This document shows positions 39,896 through 53,279 of a stretch of 64,000 nt of DNA, piece after piece (positions within the stretch are counted from its first letter, which is position 1; each line of letters opens with the position of its first letter). The stretch comes from Octopus vulgaris (Eukaryota): contig OX597818.1 of the NCBI GenBank assembly GCA_951406725.2, positions 22,320,001 through 22,384,000 of the forward strand, read 5' to 3'. The notes under the pieces were generated by a model. That model was given only the letters and a program-made list of their open reading frames with translations, did no database searches and had not been told where the DNA came from. Made by a program: the position numbers and the translations under genes.

Positions 39896-42480
39896 TGGAC
39901 AATTATAAAGTGAATTTTAGGGCTTATAAATCTATTATTTTCCTATCCTTCCTTAATACCGGTTCCCATATGCTATTCATATCTGCACCTAATTACCCAC
40001 AACCATTTCAACGAAAGTATGAACCAACTGAAATAGATATCATTTGGGGCCTGTTTCTAATATTTTGCTCTGCAAAATAGATTTTTTTTTATACACCATT
40101 GAAGCGACTGACTTGTTTCACCAGCTAATAGAACAGCAATTTAATCAACCTATTGGCTAAAGATGTGGTGGATGTAGTAAATGACCACCATTTAGGTTAA
40201 TTGGTTGGATTCTATAGAGAAAGTTGAACGCTTGTGATTTAGAAACAATCATTAGAAAGCGTTATTAATGTAATTTTTTGATGAATTCTCATGTGATATG
40301 TTCTGGAAACTAAATAATGGAAGGGAAAAAAATGGAAAAAAAAAAGAAAAAATTCTGAGGCAATATGGCATTCAGTCAACTTTCCGATAGTTTTAAATGT
40401 AGGAGTGAAAAATTAAGAATCTCGTCCGTAAAAACACTAAGACTAGACCATAATATTAAGAGTAGTCATTTCATTAAGCTCAAAGAATGCCCATGGGCCT
40501 GTGCATATTCCAGTTTTGATCTAGGACGTCATAACGTTCGTCAAAGCTTAAGTGCGATACGTTACAATACATTAATGCATGGACCTTCTGTAAAAAGAGT
40601 ATCAAATTTGCTTTCATAAAAAGGGCAATTTTAATCCATTTTGTAAAACCTAGAATGTCAGGTCACTTTCGAGTGCTACTGGTAACATGTAACCCAGTAC
40701 AACCTGTTGCATGGTCGGGTCGTCGGCGACTAAACCGGCAACCCCACCAAGCTTGCTTGGTGAGGAGGGTGTTTATTGGACACCCTGCGGGATGAAAAAT
40801 AAAACCCGTCAAAGGGCGGAGGACCTCTTGAGAGTCAACGGCCAGCCAATAAATGTTAGCACGGGTACGCAGAAATTCCGGGGTGATGTCCGGCGTGCTG
40901 AAAGACCACTGGGAGTGAGGCGCCCCTCAGCTTTTGTTAAAGCATGCCTCTAGGATAAGGTCACTGATATAAAACCAGATATGCAGGAAATGGCATTGGA
41001 CATTTTGGGGATCTTTGGTTTGTGTTAGAGATCACGGCGCTCCCACATCCCTGAGCCTGCGACTCATTGGCACCAGACATCTTGCTCCGGCTTGTCTCTG
41101 GATAATGTCAAAGTGGAGAGGGTCTATGAGGTGTTGTGCAAGCCTTATTGGATCTAAAACTCTGCACAGGCATTGCCGACCTCTGCTCGATATGTGCATT
41201 TTTTTTATTGCGACCTACACCTCAGCACCAATGCAAAACGAAATCCTCGAATTGTTGAGAAGACACACTGTCAGGTTCGTGGTCGATGTTTATTTGAAAT
41301 TATATAAAAATAATGTTTAAAGATTTGGCTGTTATCTCTAGCATATAGAAATACCTTTTAGGCTTAACTATTTGCTTCTTGAAAATCATTAAAAAATATT
41401 TGAGTCGATACATTCAACTAAAAATTCGAGGTGATGCCCCAGCATGGCCTCAGTTATTACAGCAAATAAAATATAAAAAACAATACAATTTATATCAGAA
41501 GTTTTGACCAGGTTAGGCGTCAAGAAATGTGGGGGCGAAAAAAACCCCGAAAAATGTAAGCATGGGACTTTTGTCCACTTTCACACTTTAAGTAGGAGCT
41601 TTTGTCCGTACCCCTGTTCAGCACCCCCAGTTGCAATCGGCTAGCTACGTGGCTGCTAGTGACTTAGAAGTAATCAGACGTTAGCAATAATTTTCAGATG
41701 AATTTACACGTTATGAAAACTAAAACTAATGAAAAAAAAAAAAAAAGCGAATACAGAAGATGGAAATATGCCATTCAGTGAACATTCTGATCATTTTAAA
41801 TGTAGGTGTGAAACATTTGCTGTCCTCATTTTCATAGTCCCCTTCGTAAAAAATATTGGGAGTAACGGTCTCCAATGTCAAGTTCCAATATCATGATCTA
41901 ATTTTCTGGTGAATTGACTTGCGACATGTTCAGAAAACTATAAATAACGACAAAAAAAAAAAAAAAAAAAAGAGACTAGGCCACAACAGAGACTAGATCA
42001 TCCAACACTAGTTCAAGTAAATTTGAACCAACTGAAAACAAGCATCATTTGGTGTCAAAATATTTTTATGCACCAATGATTCTACTATTTACTGGCTCGT
42101 TTCACCAGCTAGTAACAAGAATCTGGCTAGTTTAACAGATTTAGAAGCAATCGTTAGAAATATACGTTTATAAAGAATTCACATGCGATATGTTCTGAAA
42201 ACTATAAATACAGGAAAAGGAAAAACGATATAAAAATAAATGTGGAACTTCTTGTCAATATACCATTCGGTCAATGACCTTCAGATAATTGTAAACGTAT
42301 GAATAAATTCGGAGTCCTCATTTATAGAATCTTGTCCGCAAAAATCTCGAGGCCAGTCCTCCCATCGAGATCAAACGATACACTTGGACTGTATATCCCA
42401 GTTTTGAAAATGGTACATTAGCACAATGATGTCCACGTAGGTCATATGCGGCATCTACATCCGAACTAGATCGTGATATC

Positions 42481-44481
42481 TCTCGAGGGACAACGCATGT
42501 AAGACCGAAACTCCCGGGGCTAGAAATAGCCTTTCTCGACCTAGCCAAAGCCTTCGATACTGTCTCGCATTCCCTCGTTTTTGCGGGCATGAGGAGGCTC
42601 GGTTACCACGACCACCTGATTCGATTAGTGTACCACTACCTTCACGATAGGGACCGGTAGTAGCGCGCCCATTGAGATAAAGCGCGGTGTTCGACAGGGA
42701 GACGCCCTATCACCCTTTTAACATCGCGACCGATCCACTGCTGGACAGCCTGCCCGCAAATATGGGTCTGCAGGTCGGAGGTGCGGTCGTGGCGGGCCTC
42801 GCATACGCGGATGACTTAGTGCTAGTCTCCGGCTCTAGCCGGGGTCTACAGTGCCTCTTAGATCGGTGCTCGGAGTTCTACCAAGCGGTGGGGCTCTCCA
42901 TTAACGTTTCCAAGTGCGCGTGGTTCTCCATTCGAAATTGGAGAAAGTCTTTAGTCAATGCGTCATCGCCGCCGACACTATGGTTGTCCGGTACCACGAG
43001 TCGAGCCGGATGAAAGCGTGCCGTACTTAGGGATGAGGGTTCGTCCCCGGTCGGCACAGAATAGGGGAACATCAGATGAGAACATAACGCGATGCATAAA
43101 CGAACTACGCCGGGCACCGCTAAAGCCCCGTCAGAAGTTTTTGATGCTACAACAGTATTACCTGCCTAGTCTGTTTTACAGGCTGACACAGGCGATACCC
43201 ACTAAGGTGGCGTTAGAGAAATTGGATATGATTGTACGAGGTGGGGCGCGAAGAATGCTCCATCTCCCGGACTCGACCTCGAAAAGCTTCCTGTACAGCG
43301 CAAGAAGGGACGGAGGGTTGAACCTCTGTCAGTTGGCGCGCGCTATACCGAAGAACGTGATTCGTAGGAACCTGCGTTTACTGGGCTCCGAATATGATGC
43401 TGTTCGCATGATAGCTCAGGCTGCCGATCTCGCCCATCAAAACGAGGAGCTATCCGCCCTGTTCGATCTACCATCTGTCCGAAATGATGGCAATCCATAC
43501 GCCCCTGACCTCCGCCTCATCCATGCCAAGAGATGGGCCTCGCAACCGGTCCAGGGTGTGTGTGCTGCCGCCTTCAAATCGGACCCGATTGGAAACAGTT
43601 GGCTGACACGACTGGGTTGAATCTCGGAGGGATGCTACTTGGGGATACTCAAGATGAGGACCAACACGTTTCCCACACGTGAATGCCTCACCCGTGGAGG
43701 TCGTGGCGATAGCACCTGCAAAAGGTGCGGAAGTGCGTCTGAAACGATCTCCCACATCAGTGGCCAGTGCTCACGCCTCAAAACAAAGAGACTGACCAGG
43801 TACACTCGAATATGCCGACTGTTGGCTAGGGAAGCCGAGCGGTATGGGTGGATGACCGGCTGGGAGCCGGTTTATCGAGTATCGGGGTCCAGATACATCC
43901 CCGATTTAGTGTTTCACAGTTCGAGCGAGGTTGTCATCGTTGATGTTACCGTCCGATATGAGCAGGACACGGCGTTGAGTGACGCTGCGCGCGAGAAAGA
44001 GAGAAAATACCGGCCGCTGATTCCGCTCCTCCGAGGGGAGCTGGGTGTACCGGTACGAGTGTTCGGCTGCCCGATAGGGGCCTGCGGCGCATGGTGCTCA
44101 GAGGCCGAGGAAGCATTGGCAGCACTGCACAATAAAGACAAACGTTTCATGAGGCTGCTAAGCAGAACTGCAATGATCTGCACGTTTAACATGTTAAGGA
44201 ATTGATAGGCTTAAGGAATTGATGCCACTCGAGTTCCTGTCGGATCCGACACGGAATACCCCTTCGATGAGGTCCTCACCTGGATTCTTTTTTGAGGACT
44301 GGTGTGTCGGAGACCCCTCAATTTTAAAAAAATTTTTAAAGTTTTATTTAATTTTTTTTCTACGAGGTGGTAGCAAGGCCTGTGTACCTTGCTTCGGCAG
44401 GAACTTTGATTTATATACCGATTTTGAAGAAAATTTTGTAGTGTCCCATCTATGTCGCCCCCTAGTGAGTAATAAAAAAAA
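42481..44481 (+). mobile_element. 5'-truncated R2-like non-LTR retrotransposon (family A): RT, CCHC knuckle, restriction-like endonuclease, 3'UTR and short poly(A)
   Basis: FLDLAKAFDTVSH, GVRQGD, LAYADDLVL, YLG, LKPRQK, DGGL, CKRCGSASETISHISGQC, YIPDLV...IVDVTV...EKERKY, PIGACGAW; ends aataaaaaaaa at about 44471-44481. Confidence 0.88.
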
Positions 44482-45017
44482 TCATTTGCAACACCACTAT
44501 CTCCTTCACCAATTCGTTGTAGAAAAGAGCGAAATTAAAAGTACTAAACTGCTGAGAATTTGTTTAAGAAACTTCTCGTCAAATATCTCTTATAGACCAA
44601 CAATACGGAAACCTAAAGGTAAGTTCACCGTGAAGAAAATTCACCGAGGAAATATATCCATAGTAAGAGTTAAAAACTATTTTATCGGAAAAGAGAAAAA
44701 ACGGTGAATTTTCTTTGAGATGAATTTATAGCGGTGAACTTACTGGATATAGCTCTTTTTTTTTTTTTACTTTGAATTTATTCGATATATTTTTAAATAT
44801 TCAAATGCTTGTAAGAATTGTAAACTGACTTTATAATTATTTTTTTAATTTTATGTGCTAACATAGTAATGGAATGGTTTGGATTCAGTAGATTACATTG
44901 TAATTTTATCTTGCAGTAACATTCTATCCAGGTGTAAAAAAATTTCTCTCGCAAATATTAATTCAAAAATGTATTAATTTCAATGAATACTGTCTTTCAA
45001 ATTACGGTACTACGTGC

Positions 45018-45268
45018 GACAGACGAGAATACCAAGCGACGCCACACCACTGATGCCACTCAGGGAGCGTTCAGATGGACCCGACGGGGGAGAGGAAAAC
45101 CCTGGACTCGACATAAGAAAGAAAGAGAAGAGGAAAAAGGAAAGAAGAAAAGAGACAACAATCGTCTGACAGACGAGAATACCAAGCGACGCCACACCAC
45201 GGATGCCGCCCAGGGGGCGTTCAGATGGACCTGACGGGGGAGAGGAAAACCCTGGACTCGACATAAGA
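45018..45268 (+). repeat. Two ~101-bp direct repeats (45018-45118 and 45168-45268) separated by a purine-rich spacer
   Basis: gacagacgagaataccaagcgacgccacacc...ggaaaaccctggactcgacataaga occurs twice with few mismatches. Confidence 0.9.
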
Positions 45269-46079
45269 CCCGGTTATGACAACCGCCGAAATGAAGTCTG
45301 GCGCCGTGAATTCGATCACTGGCCATGGCAGAGCGGGACGGGCAAACATCGGATGGACAGCGTGCGCGTCGCTATCGACGGAGTGCGTGTGAGACCGCCC
45401 ACATAAAATAACAGGGAAAGGTTGCTGAATCGCAAGTGCGAGAAAAGTATTTACGTACCAGACGACACAAAAAATCTCGAGGCCAATCCTCCCATCGAGA
45501 TCAAACGATACACTTGGACTGTATATCCCAGTTTTGAAAATGGAACATTAGCGCAATGTCGTCCACATACACCATATGCGACATCTCCACCCAAGCTAGG
45601 ATGTCATAACGCTCGTCAAAGGCAAAGTGTGATAAATTACTTCGCCAGAAAACACAATGCCACCACTAGTTCAACGAAAGTGAACCAACTGATGCATATC
45701 TGCGATATCATTTAAAATATTGAGACTAGCTCGGGAAATTGGGGTTGCATCTCCTATTCAGCACTATCGATACACTTGGGTTCTGTATATCCTAGTTTTG
45801 AAAGTGGAACATTAACGCAATGATGTCCACGTAGGCCATATGCGACATCTACATCCGAACTAGGTCGTGATATCACTGGTCATAGATAGAGTGTGAGAAA
45901 AGTATTCACATACCAGACGACACAATGCATAGACTGTCTGAATCCGTGTAAAATTTTTCTCCAGTATGAAAGTCGATTTTATTAATTTTTTTCTAAAATC
46001 TAAAACATTTTCAAAGCAAGCACCGCACAGGACTCGGTTGTTCAGTGTCAAGCTCATCTTTTAGTACAGAGAAAGAAAG

Positions 46080-46666
46080 CCATAGTGGAATGACAACGAA
46101 AATACAGATTTAACGTAAGAAGGAACATTGAGGTGGCGAGTTTAGCAACTGGCGAAGTGAATAACAAAATGAAAGGCGTGAATTTTGCAGCAGCGGCAGG
46201 GAGTAAAACTCGAAAGATAAATACCAATAATTAAAAAAATTACAGAGTTGTTAACAAAGGAGGGGACTGAAGTGAAAGTGGTCCCTCAAAATATCCAAAC
46301 TGACGTGTTAGAAAGAACAGTGATATTCAAAACATACGTGGAGAAAAAGAAAATCGATTACGTCAACGAAAAAGAAATTGAAAAATGTTTAAAGCCAATA
46401 TGGCAACACACAAAATACGTAATTCAAGGGAAAAAGTATGCAACAATAGAGGTTCGTATGGAGTCGGCCGAGAAGGTGAAATAGTACTCGCTCGAGCCAT
46501 TGCGAACAGAGGTGGTGGTACTCCTTCAGATATACATGGGGAGGAGAACCTCGAGGATCAGAATAGCGAACGTTCCGCCGGAAATGGAATCAGAATGGTT
46601 TGTGGCAGCAGTCTTACTAAATTTAGAAGAAATACTGCTGCTATCAGCCGAAGAGCAGACAACCTG
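46080..46666 (+). mobile_element. Tx1/L1-clade LINE ORF1 fragment (copy a, 5' part), interrupted by an R2-28S insert
   Basis: NFAAAAG, RTVIFKTY...EKEIEKCLKPIW...YATIEVR and YMGRRTSRIRIANVPPE; homologous to the ORF1 at 50573-51300. Confidence 0.75.
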
Positions 46667-48348
46667 GACATGGTCCTGGTTGCGAAATCGCACGATGGTC
46701 TTCAGGCTCTTATCGACAGATGCTTGGAGTTCTATCGTGGGGTGGGCTGGGACTTAATGTTGGAAAGTGTGCGTGGTTCTCCATCCGCGGCAGGAGCAAG
46801 TCCTGCCTAGTCAATCATAATACTCCGCCGAGCATTGATGGTATCGCTATAAAACAAGTAGAACCAGGGGAAAGAGCATCCTATCTAGGTTTGAACATTC
46901 CCACTTGCACTTCAAACTCATGTCGGGAGTTTAGTTTAGAACCAGTGGAGCATATGTCTCTGGATATAAATAAAATATGCAGAGCTCTGCTGAAACCCCG
47001 ACAGAAGTTTCTCTTGCTGCAGCAATATTACCTGCTTAGGCTCTTTCATAGTCTAGTACAGGTGCTGCCGTCAAGGGAATTCTTGAGCGGCTTGACACGG
47101 CCATCCGTGAGGGGGCTAGGAGGATGTAACATCTCCCTGAAACTACGTCCTCTTCCTTCCTCTATTGCAGCCTGCGTGACGGTGGGTTGAGTCTTCACCA
47201 GATGGTGAGACATACTAAAGTGCGCCATTCGCCGTAACCTTCGCCTGCTGACCTCTTATTATGTCTGTTAGGAAGGTTGCGGATTCTGCATGATTAACCG
47301 AACAGAACCAGCAACTTATAGTATCCTACGATTTGCCGTTGCTAGCTGCGGGCGCTACCGAGTACAACCCTGATATCCGGCTGGTTCACTTCCACAGATG
47401 GGCGGCCCAGCCGGTGTATGGAGCGAGCGCGGCGGCGTATCGTGGCGATGCAATCGGTAATAGTTGGATAAGTAGGCCGGGTAGGATTACGGAGGGGTGC
47501 TACTTGGGTTTACTCAAGATGCGCTCTAACGTGTATCCTACCCGAGAAACTGACACGTGGTCTCTGTGGCGATTCCACGTGTCCGAGATGTAGATTAGGA
47601 GCAGAGACCATCTTTCACGTCAGCGGAGTATGTGGCGCTCTTAAAGGGCCACGACTCGCCAGGCATAAGATATGTAGCCTGATGGCGAAGGAAGCTGTGG
47701 ACTATGGCTGGAGTGTCAGTGTGGAGCCTTCCTACATTGTAGGTGGCTCCAGGCTGATCCCTGATCTGGTCTTTAGCCGTCCGGAAAAGTAGTGGTAGTC
47801 GATATGACCGTCAGATTGGAACAAGGGGATGCCTTGAAAGAGGCATCCCTAGAGAAAATGCGCAAGTACCGACCGCTCGTACAATTGCATTTGCAGGAGT
47901 TCGATCGGCCGGTGGAGGTGCATGGGCTCCCAATCGGTGCCTGTGGTGCTTGGTGCAGACCTGCGAGTATGGCACTGGACGCCCTGGGCATAAAAGACAG
48001 GTCATTTCGACGACTACTTAGCCGGACGGCTATGATCCTAATGTACAATATGCTGAGAGACTAGCTCTCAGCATCGGGGGATTCATGCATGACCCCAGTA
48101 CGATGACATTAGCTTAACCCAACTGAAAACGATAATAAAAAGAAAACCGAACTGACTTGTAAATACCGATACCCGCCTTAGAGAATATTTTAGCTATTTT
48201 TTATCTGTTTTAATATTGTTCGGGACAGTGGGATCGTCTTGGCTTGGCATTTATGCCTGTATCCTGTGCGCGTCACTAACGGCGAAGCATAAAGTGGGAC
48301 CACCCACTATAAATAAAGGGAAGAGAGACTAAAAAGTCTATAATACCA
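46667..48348 (+). mobile_element. 5'-truncated R2 retrotransposon (family B, copy 1)
   Basis: DMVLVA...LQALIDRC, SYLG, LKPRQK, RDGGL, ETIFHVSGVC, IPDLV...VVDMTV...EKMRKY, PIGACGAW; the 3' end abuts TAGCCAAATGCC, the R2 site in 28S rRNA. Confidence 0.92.
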
Positions 48349-48481
48349 TAGCCAAATGCCTCGTCATCTAATTAGTGATGCGCATGAACGGATCAACGAG
48401 ATTCCTACTTTCCCTATCTACTGTCTAGCGAACGGGCTTGGACGGATCGGCGGGGAAAGAAAACCCTGTTGAGCTTGACTC
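48349..48481 (+). rRNA. Non-functional 28S rRNA fragment (133 bp) immediately downstream of the R2 insertion site
   Basis: tagccaaatgcctcgtcatctaattagtga...aacgagattcc...tccctatcta...ggggaaagaa-accctgttgagcttgactc matches the conserved eukaryotic 28S sequence, with a 16-nt internal deletion and substitutions. Confidence 0.95.
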
Positions 48482-49420
48482 AGAAGTCATAGACATTATG
48501 AACACAAAACTGGGAGTGATAGTTGAGAGAAAACCTCGCTGTTTTAAATGTGGGCTTTGAAGGTCACGTAAGGACTGAATGCAAGAAAGAAACAGAAAAA
48601 GAAGGCGAGGAGGAAGACAACCAAGTGGCAACAAAAGAAATAGAGAAACAGAATGATAATCAACAGTTATCGCCAAGCTAATTTGGCAGTCCATAAATAT
48701 AAGACTGCAGATGCCTGACCAGCAAGGGGAAGCGGCTGACCTCCCTTTTCAATGGTTATAATGGACACATGTTCGTGTGTCATATAGCTAGCTAGAGGCG
48801 ATGGCCTCTTGGAGCTAATCAACGGCAGCTTTAGTCTTATAGTTCACTTGGTCAGTTACAGTGATCATAAATTTGTCATTTGTAAGCTGGAACTAGATAA
48901 GTTAAATAGTAGAGGCTCCGGCTACTGCAAACTCAATAAGTCCCTTTTGGCGATTGAGGAGTATACGAAACGGATTAAGTTATTGATATAGAGGGCATTG
49001 ACAAGAAGCATAATTTACAATAAAAGGTAGTACGCCCTAAAAAAAGCCATCAAATTTGAGTATTAGATATAGCATAGGTTTAGTGAACGTAAGAGGGAAG
49101 TAGAACTAGCTAAGACCTTAGAGGAAGCCGTGATGACTGGCAGTACATCTCAGGTGAAGGCAAAGAGACTGGAATTAAACCAGCACCTCGAAGCCAAACA
49201 CATGGGGTGTATTGTCAGGGCTAGACTTCGTGCAATGGGTTGCGAGGGGATCAGAGCCGCTGGATGGGCCCCGAGTGGTGGAAGCCCAACGTGGAAATGA
49301 TTCCACAATTCGATCTTTGGAGAACCTACAAGGTGAGTTGGTAAACGAGCCTGAGGAGATATGTAAGACTTTTCAGGAGCACTTCGCCCAGCATTTCGGG
49401 GGTGGGGAGCGATGGACCGG
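48482..49420 (+). mobile_element. Tx1/L1-clade LINE copy a, continuation: ORF1 zinc knuckle and ORF2 endonuclease C-terminus/linker
   Basis: RKPRCFKCG...GHVRTEC (CCHC, one frameshift), SDHKFV...GSGYCKLNKSLL, and RARLRA. Confidence 0.75.
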
Positions 49421-50399
49421 ATAGTGCTTCTCGGAAAGCACACGATGAACGAAAGTCTGAACCAACTGAAATATGTGTTATCAGTTGGGGGTTTCTTTCT
49501 GCTGGATTTTGCAAAATATTACTTTTTATACACTATTGTATCCACTGACTAATAACACAGCAATCTAACCAATCTGCTGGTTAACGATGTCATGGATGCT
49601 ATATATGATCACCACCACTAGAGGGACATTTATCTTAACTTTTCCAATGGGTTGGACTACGCAGAAACACTAGTTGAGTATAAGAAATTTAGAAGCAATC
49701 ATTAGTGACCGTTGGCAATAGAATTTTCTGATCAATTTACATGTAATATATTTTTAATAATAAAAGCAAATATGGAACAAATTTAGAATTCCAAGACAAA
49801 AACATTCAGTCGACGAATTTCAGAATGAAAAATTAAATGTCCTCATTTTCATATTCTCGTCTGCAAAAATATTTCGGCTAGATCACAATATTGAAAAATT
49901 TGAAATAAATTTAGGATTTCTAGGCATTATACCATTCAGTCGACTTTCAGATCGTTTGTACCGTACGAGTGAAAAATTTAGTGTCTTCATTTACAGAATC
50001 TTGTCCGTAAATTCTCGAGACAAGACCTCCCATTGAAATCAAACGATACATTTGAGCTCTGTATATCCCAGTTTTGAAAGTGGAATATTAGCGCAATGAT
50101 GTCCATGTACTCAATACGTGAAATCTGTTAGGGTGTCATATCGGTCATCAAAGTGAGATAAATGAGTTAGGCCTGTAACAGACATGATTTGGGGCTGGTT
50201 TCAGCAGTATTTTGCTGGGAAAAATATTACATTTTTTTTATCGACTGGCTCGTTTAAGAGATTTCGAAGTAATCATTAGAGACCATTAGCAATATAGGTT
50301 TATCAAGAATCTACAAGTGTTAAGTTCTGAAAACTATAAATACAAAAGAAAATCGATATCAAAATAATTTTAGAACTTCGTGGCAAGATACCGTTAGAT

Positions 50400-52190
50400 C
50401 AGTCATCAATGGCCAGGTCGAATTTTCTCGTCTGTGTTATTCTTGATAGCTGAACCAACTGTTTTTGAGTGTGTTTTCTGGATTGTTAAATTGTTTACCC
50501 TTGTTATTTGGATTTTACCGTGGATTGTTATTTGTTGCCTTTTTTGAAGGAAGGGTAGGCCTAATGATGGCCAGCCCGACGGCGGACCTAACTAAGGAAA
50601 GCAAAAGCCCAGCTAGCCGAATGGCGAGCCCAGAAAAGGAGCCAGAAAGAATGGGTATACCCATTTTCTCAGACACCGACGAGGAGGAGGAGAGTGCGAC
50701 TAAAAAAGAAAAAATACGTGTTCGCTGGAATATTGACGTGCCAAGCCTGGCAAGAAAGCAATTGAATTTTGCCGAAGCGGCGGGCACGAAGGAGAAAAAA
50801 ATCGAACTCTCAAAATTAGACGACCTGAAGAAAAACAAAAAAAGAAGGATACGAAATCAAAATATTGCAACCACAAGAAGTTAAAGACATAGAGAAGAAG
50901 CCTATAAACTACAAAACCTACAGAAACAAAGAAAAGAAAATAGAATTTTCGTCAGAAAAAGAAATTGAAGTCTGTTTGAAACCCATCTGGGATAAAATAA
51001 AGTACATAACAAGAGGTAAAAGATATGGAAACGTGGAAGTAAGGTTCGAATCAGAGGAGGAAGCAAGAATACAATCATTGAATCCAGTAAGAACAGAGAC
51101 TGTAACACTCCTTCCCGTCTATAGGGGCAGGAGAATTTCGAGGGTTACAGTGATGAACATTCCCCGGAGATAGAGCCAGAAAGGATAGTGGCAGCAATCA
51201 CCATAGGACGAGGAAAAATTAGAGATGCCACTGTAGAGGATGCCAAAAAGTGGCAGGACCAGAAAGTCAAAATAATGCTACAGGCAGAGCCGGCCGTACT
51301 CGAGGAGTACCACCGCAGCTTTTTATTGTACGTTGGTAGAGGCCGGAAATGACGATGCCATAGGAAGGACCTTGGGCCTCGATAATAATTAGTTAGACAG
51401 CCTGTTCCAAAGGACATTCGGGCCGAAGACGCTGGATAATTTTCAGAAGTCTTTGACCTGGCAATGTTTCAGAGGAGCCTTACTCGTTCGGGATAAGCTC
51501 ACAAGGCATGATCACGGTGGACCACATCGAACTGTCCAATATGCGAGCGGGATGTGGAAACTGTCCCGCACGCTATTGCTCAGTGTCCGGAAATTTCGGA
51601 CATGTGGGTTTATGCAGAACACCTGTTGTCAGACGGAAGAAGAGTACAGCTATTGGCTGAGACAATTCTAAAAATTGACTCGCCTAGCTTTTTGACAAGC
51701 GAAGGTAAGCATTGCTTTCTCATCATAGTAGCAGTAGCGAAAGAGTGTATATGGAGGACTAGAATGAAAGGTATAAAGACAGACACCATGATCTCTGGCT
51801 CCGCCTCGGTGAACGTTTTTAAGTTCCACCTAAAAAGAAAGGTGGAGCTAGAGAAAAGGTGTCTGTCAGTATGCGAGTTCGAAAAAAGATGGAAGCGTGT
51901 CGCACGATTGCTGAGAGTGAAAGTGACCACATGAACACGCTGTAAGTCAGCTGCCAAGTTTCAGTGGGAAAAACAGGGCTCGTGGGGTCAGCAATCCTGG
52001 TTTTCCCACTTCATGCGTCGTTTAATGTTTGTAGTGTAAAAGTGTGTATCATTCGATTTTCTCGATTTTTGCAAATTTTTACCGTATTTTTCACGTTCAT
52101 TTTTATGTAATTACCATTGTTTTAACATGACCCCAAATCATGTGTTGTCCCCTTCTATGTTGGCCCCTAGTGGGCAATAAAGAAATTCAA
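50400..52190 (+). mobile_element. Internally deleted Tx1/L1-clade LINE (copy b): 5'UTR and ORF1 5' half fused to ORF2 C-terminal zf-RVT region and 3'UTR
   Basis: ORF1 NFAEAAG...EKEIEVCLKPIW...YRGRRISRVTVMNIP; from about 51305 ORF2 W...RGALLVRDKL...CPIC..ETVPHAIAQCP...W; 3' end cccctagtgggcaataaagaa. Confidence 0.8.
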
Positions 52191-53279
52191 TGGAAGAATA
52201 AATTGGTTGTCCTCATTTGCAGGGTCTGGTACGTAAAGGTCACGTGAGTAGACTGTAAACTCGAAGTCAGACCCCCCCCCCGCCACGTCGAAATCAAACG
52301 ATACACTTGGGTTCAGTAGGTTCCAGTTTTGAAAGTGGAACATTAGTGTAATGGTATCCATGTACACCATACGTGAAATCTCTGGTTAGAGTGTCAAAGA
52401 AATTACCAGTCAACGCCTGAATGCATGGACAATTTTCAAAAGAGTAGCAAATTTTCCTTCAATAAAAAGGCAATTTCGAACATTTTTGGAAAATCTAGAA
52501 CGTTTTCAAGCAAGCACTGCACAGGACACGATCAATCAGTGTCGAGCTCATCTTTTAGTATTGAGAAAGACAGTAGTACTCTCGGTGATATCATGAAACT
52601 AGCAAAGCTACTCAATCAGCTCACAAGGAATAAGCAGCTAATCATCCACGACCATTTCAAAGAAAATCTGAAGCAACTGAAGCCGGTCATTTATTTGTGG
52701 GATGATATACGGTTTGTTTTTGCTGAGGAAAATATTCCTTTTAAAGCTACTCTCTACTGAATTGTTTCACCAGCTAGTAGCACAGCAATTTAACCAATCT
52801 ACTGACTACCGATGTGACGGATGCAATACATGACCGTTAGTGGAGGACATTCATTTTAACTTTGCTTCTAAATCTAGTGTTCAAAAGTTTCTGTATAAAA
52901 TCCAACCAATTGGCAGAGCCCGTTACCAAAATCATTTTCTGATCAATTTACATGCGATATATTTTCAATAAAAGCAAATAAATAAATAAAAGGCATCGGA
53001 GGGGTGATGCATACACGGTGCGCAGATAAATTTCTTTAATTGTATGGCTGACAATGCGTTACTTACACATGCTTTTAATTGTATTGAATTAATTTCACCG
53101 GAGTATAAATATCTATAATGGTGATACTAAAAAAATAAATAAAATAATCAGCTCTTAAACGAATCCCTCGAATTCAGTGTACACAGAGTCGCATATGTAT
53201 GCATGCATGCATGTTCTTGCTCCCTTCATGATGAAATGTCTTTCAGGCTGCAAAGAACAACTGGTTCCTTCAGGTCTCG

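Noticed and set aside
44219-44707. 162-aa ORF after the first R2-like element
   Set aside because: It runs through the element's 3'UTR and poly(A) into flanking DNA with no domain signal.
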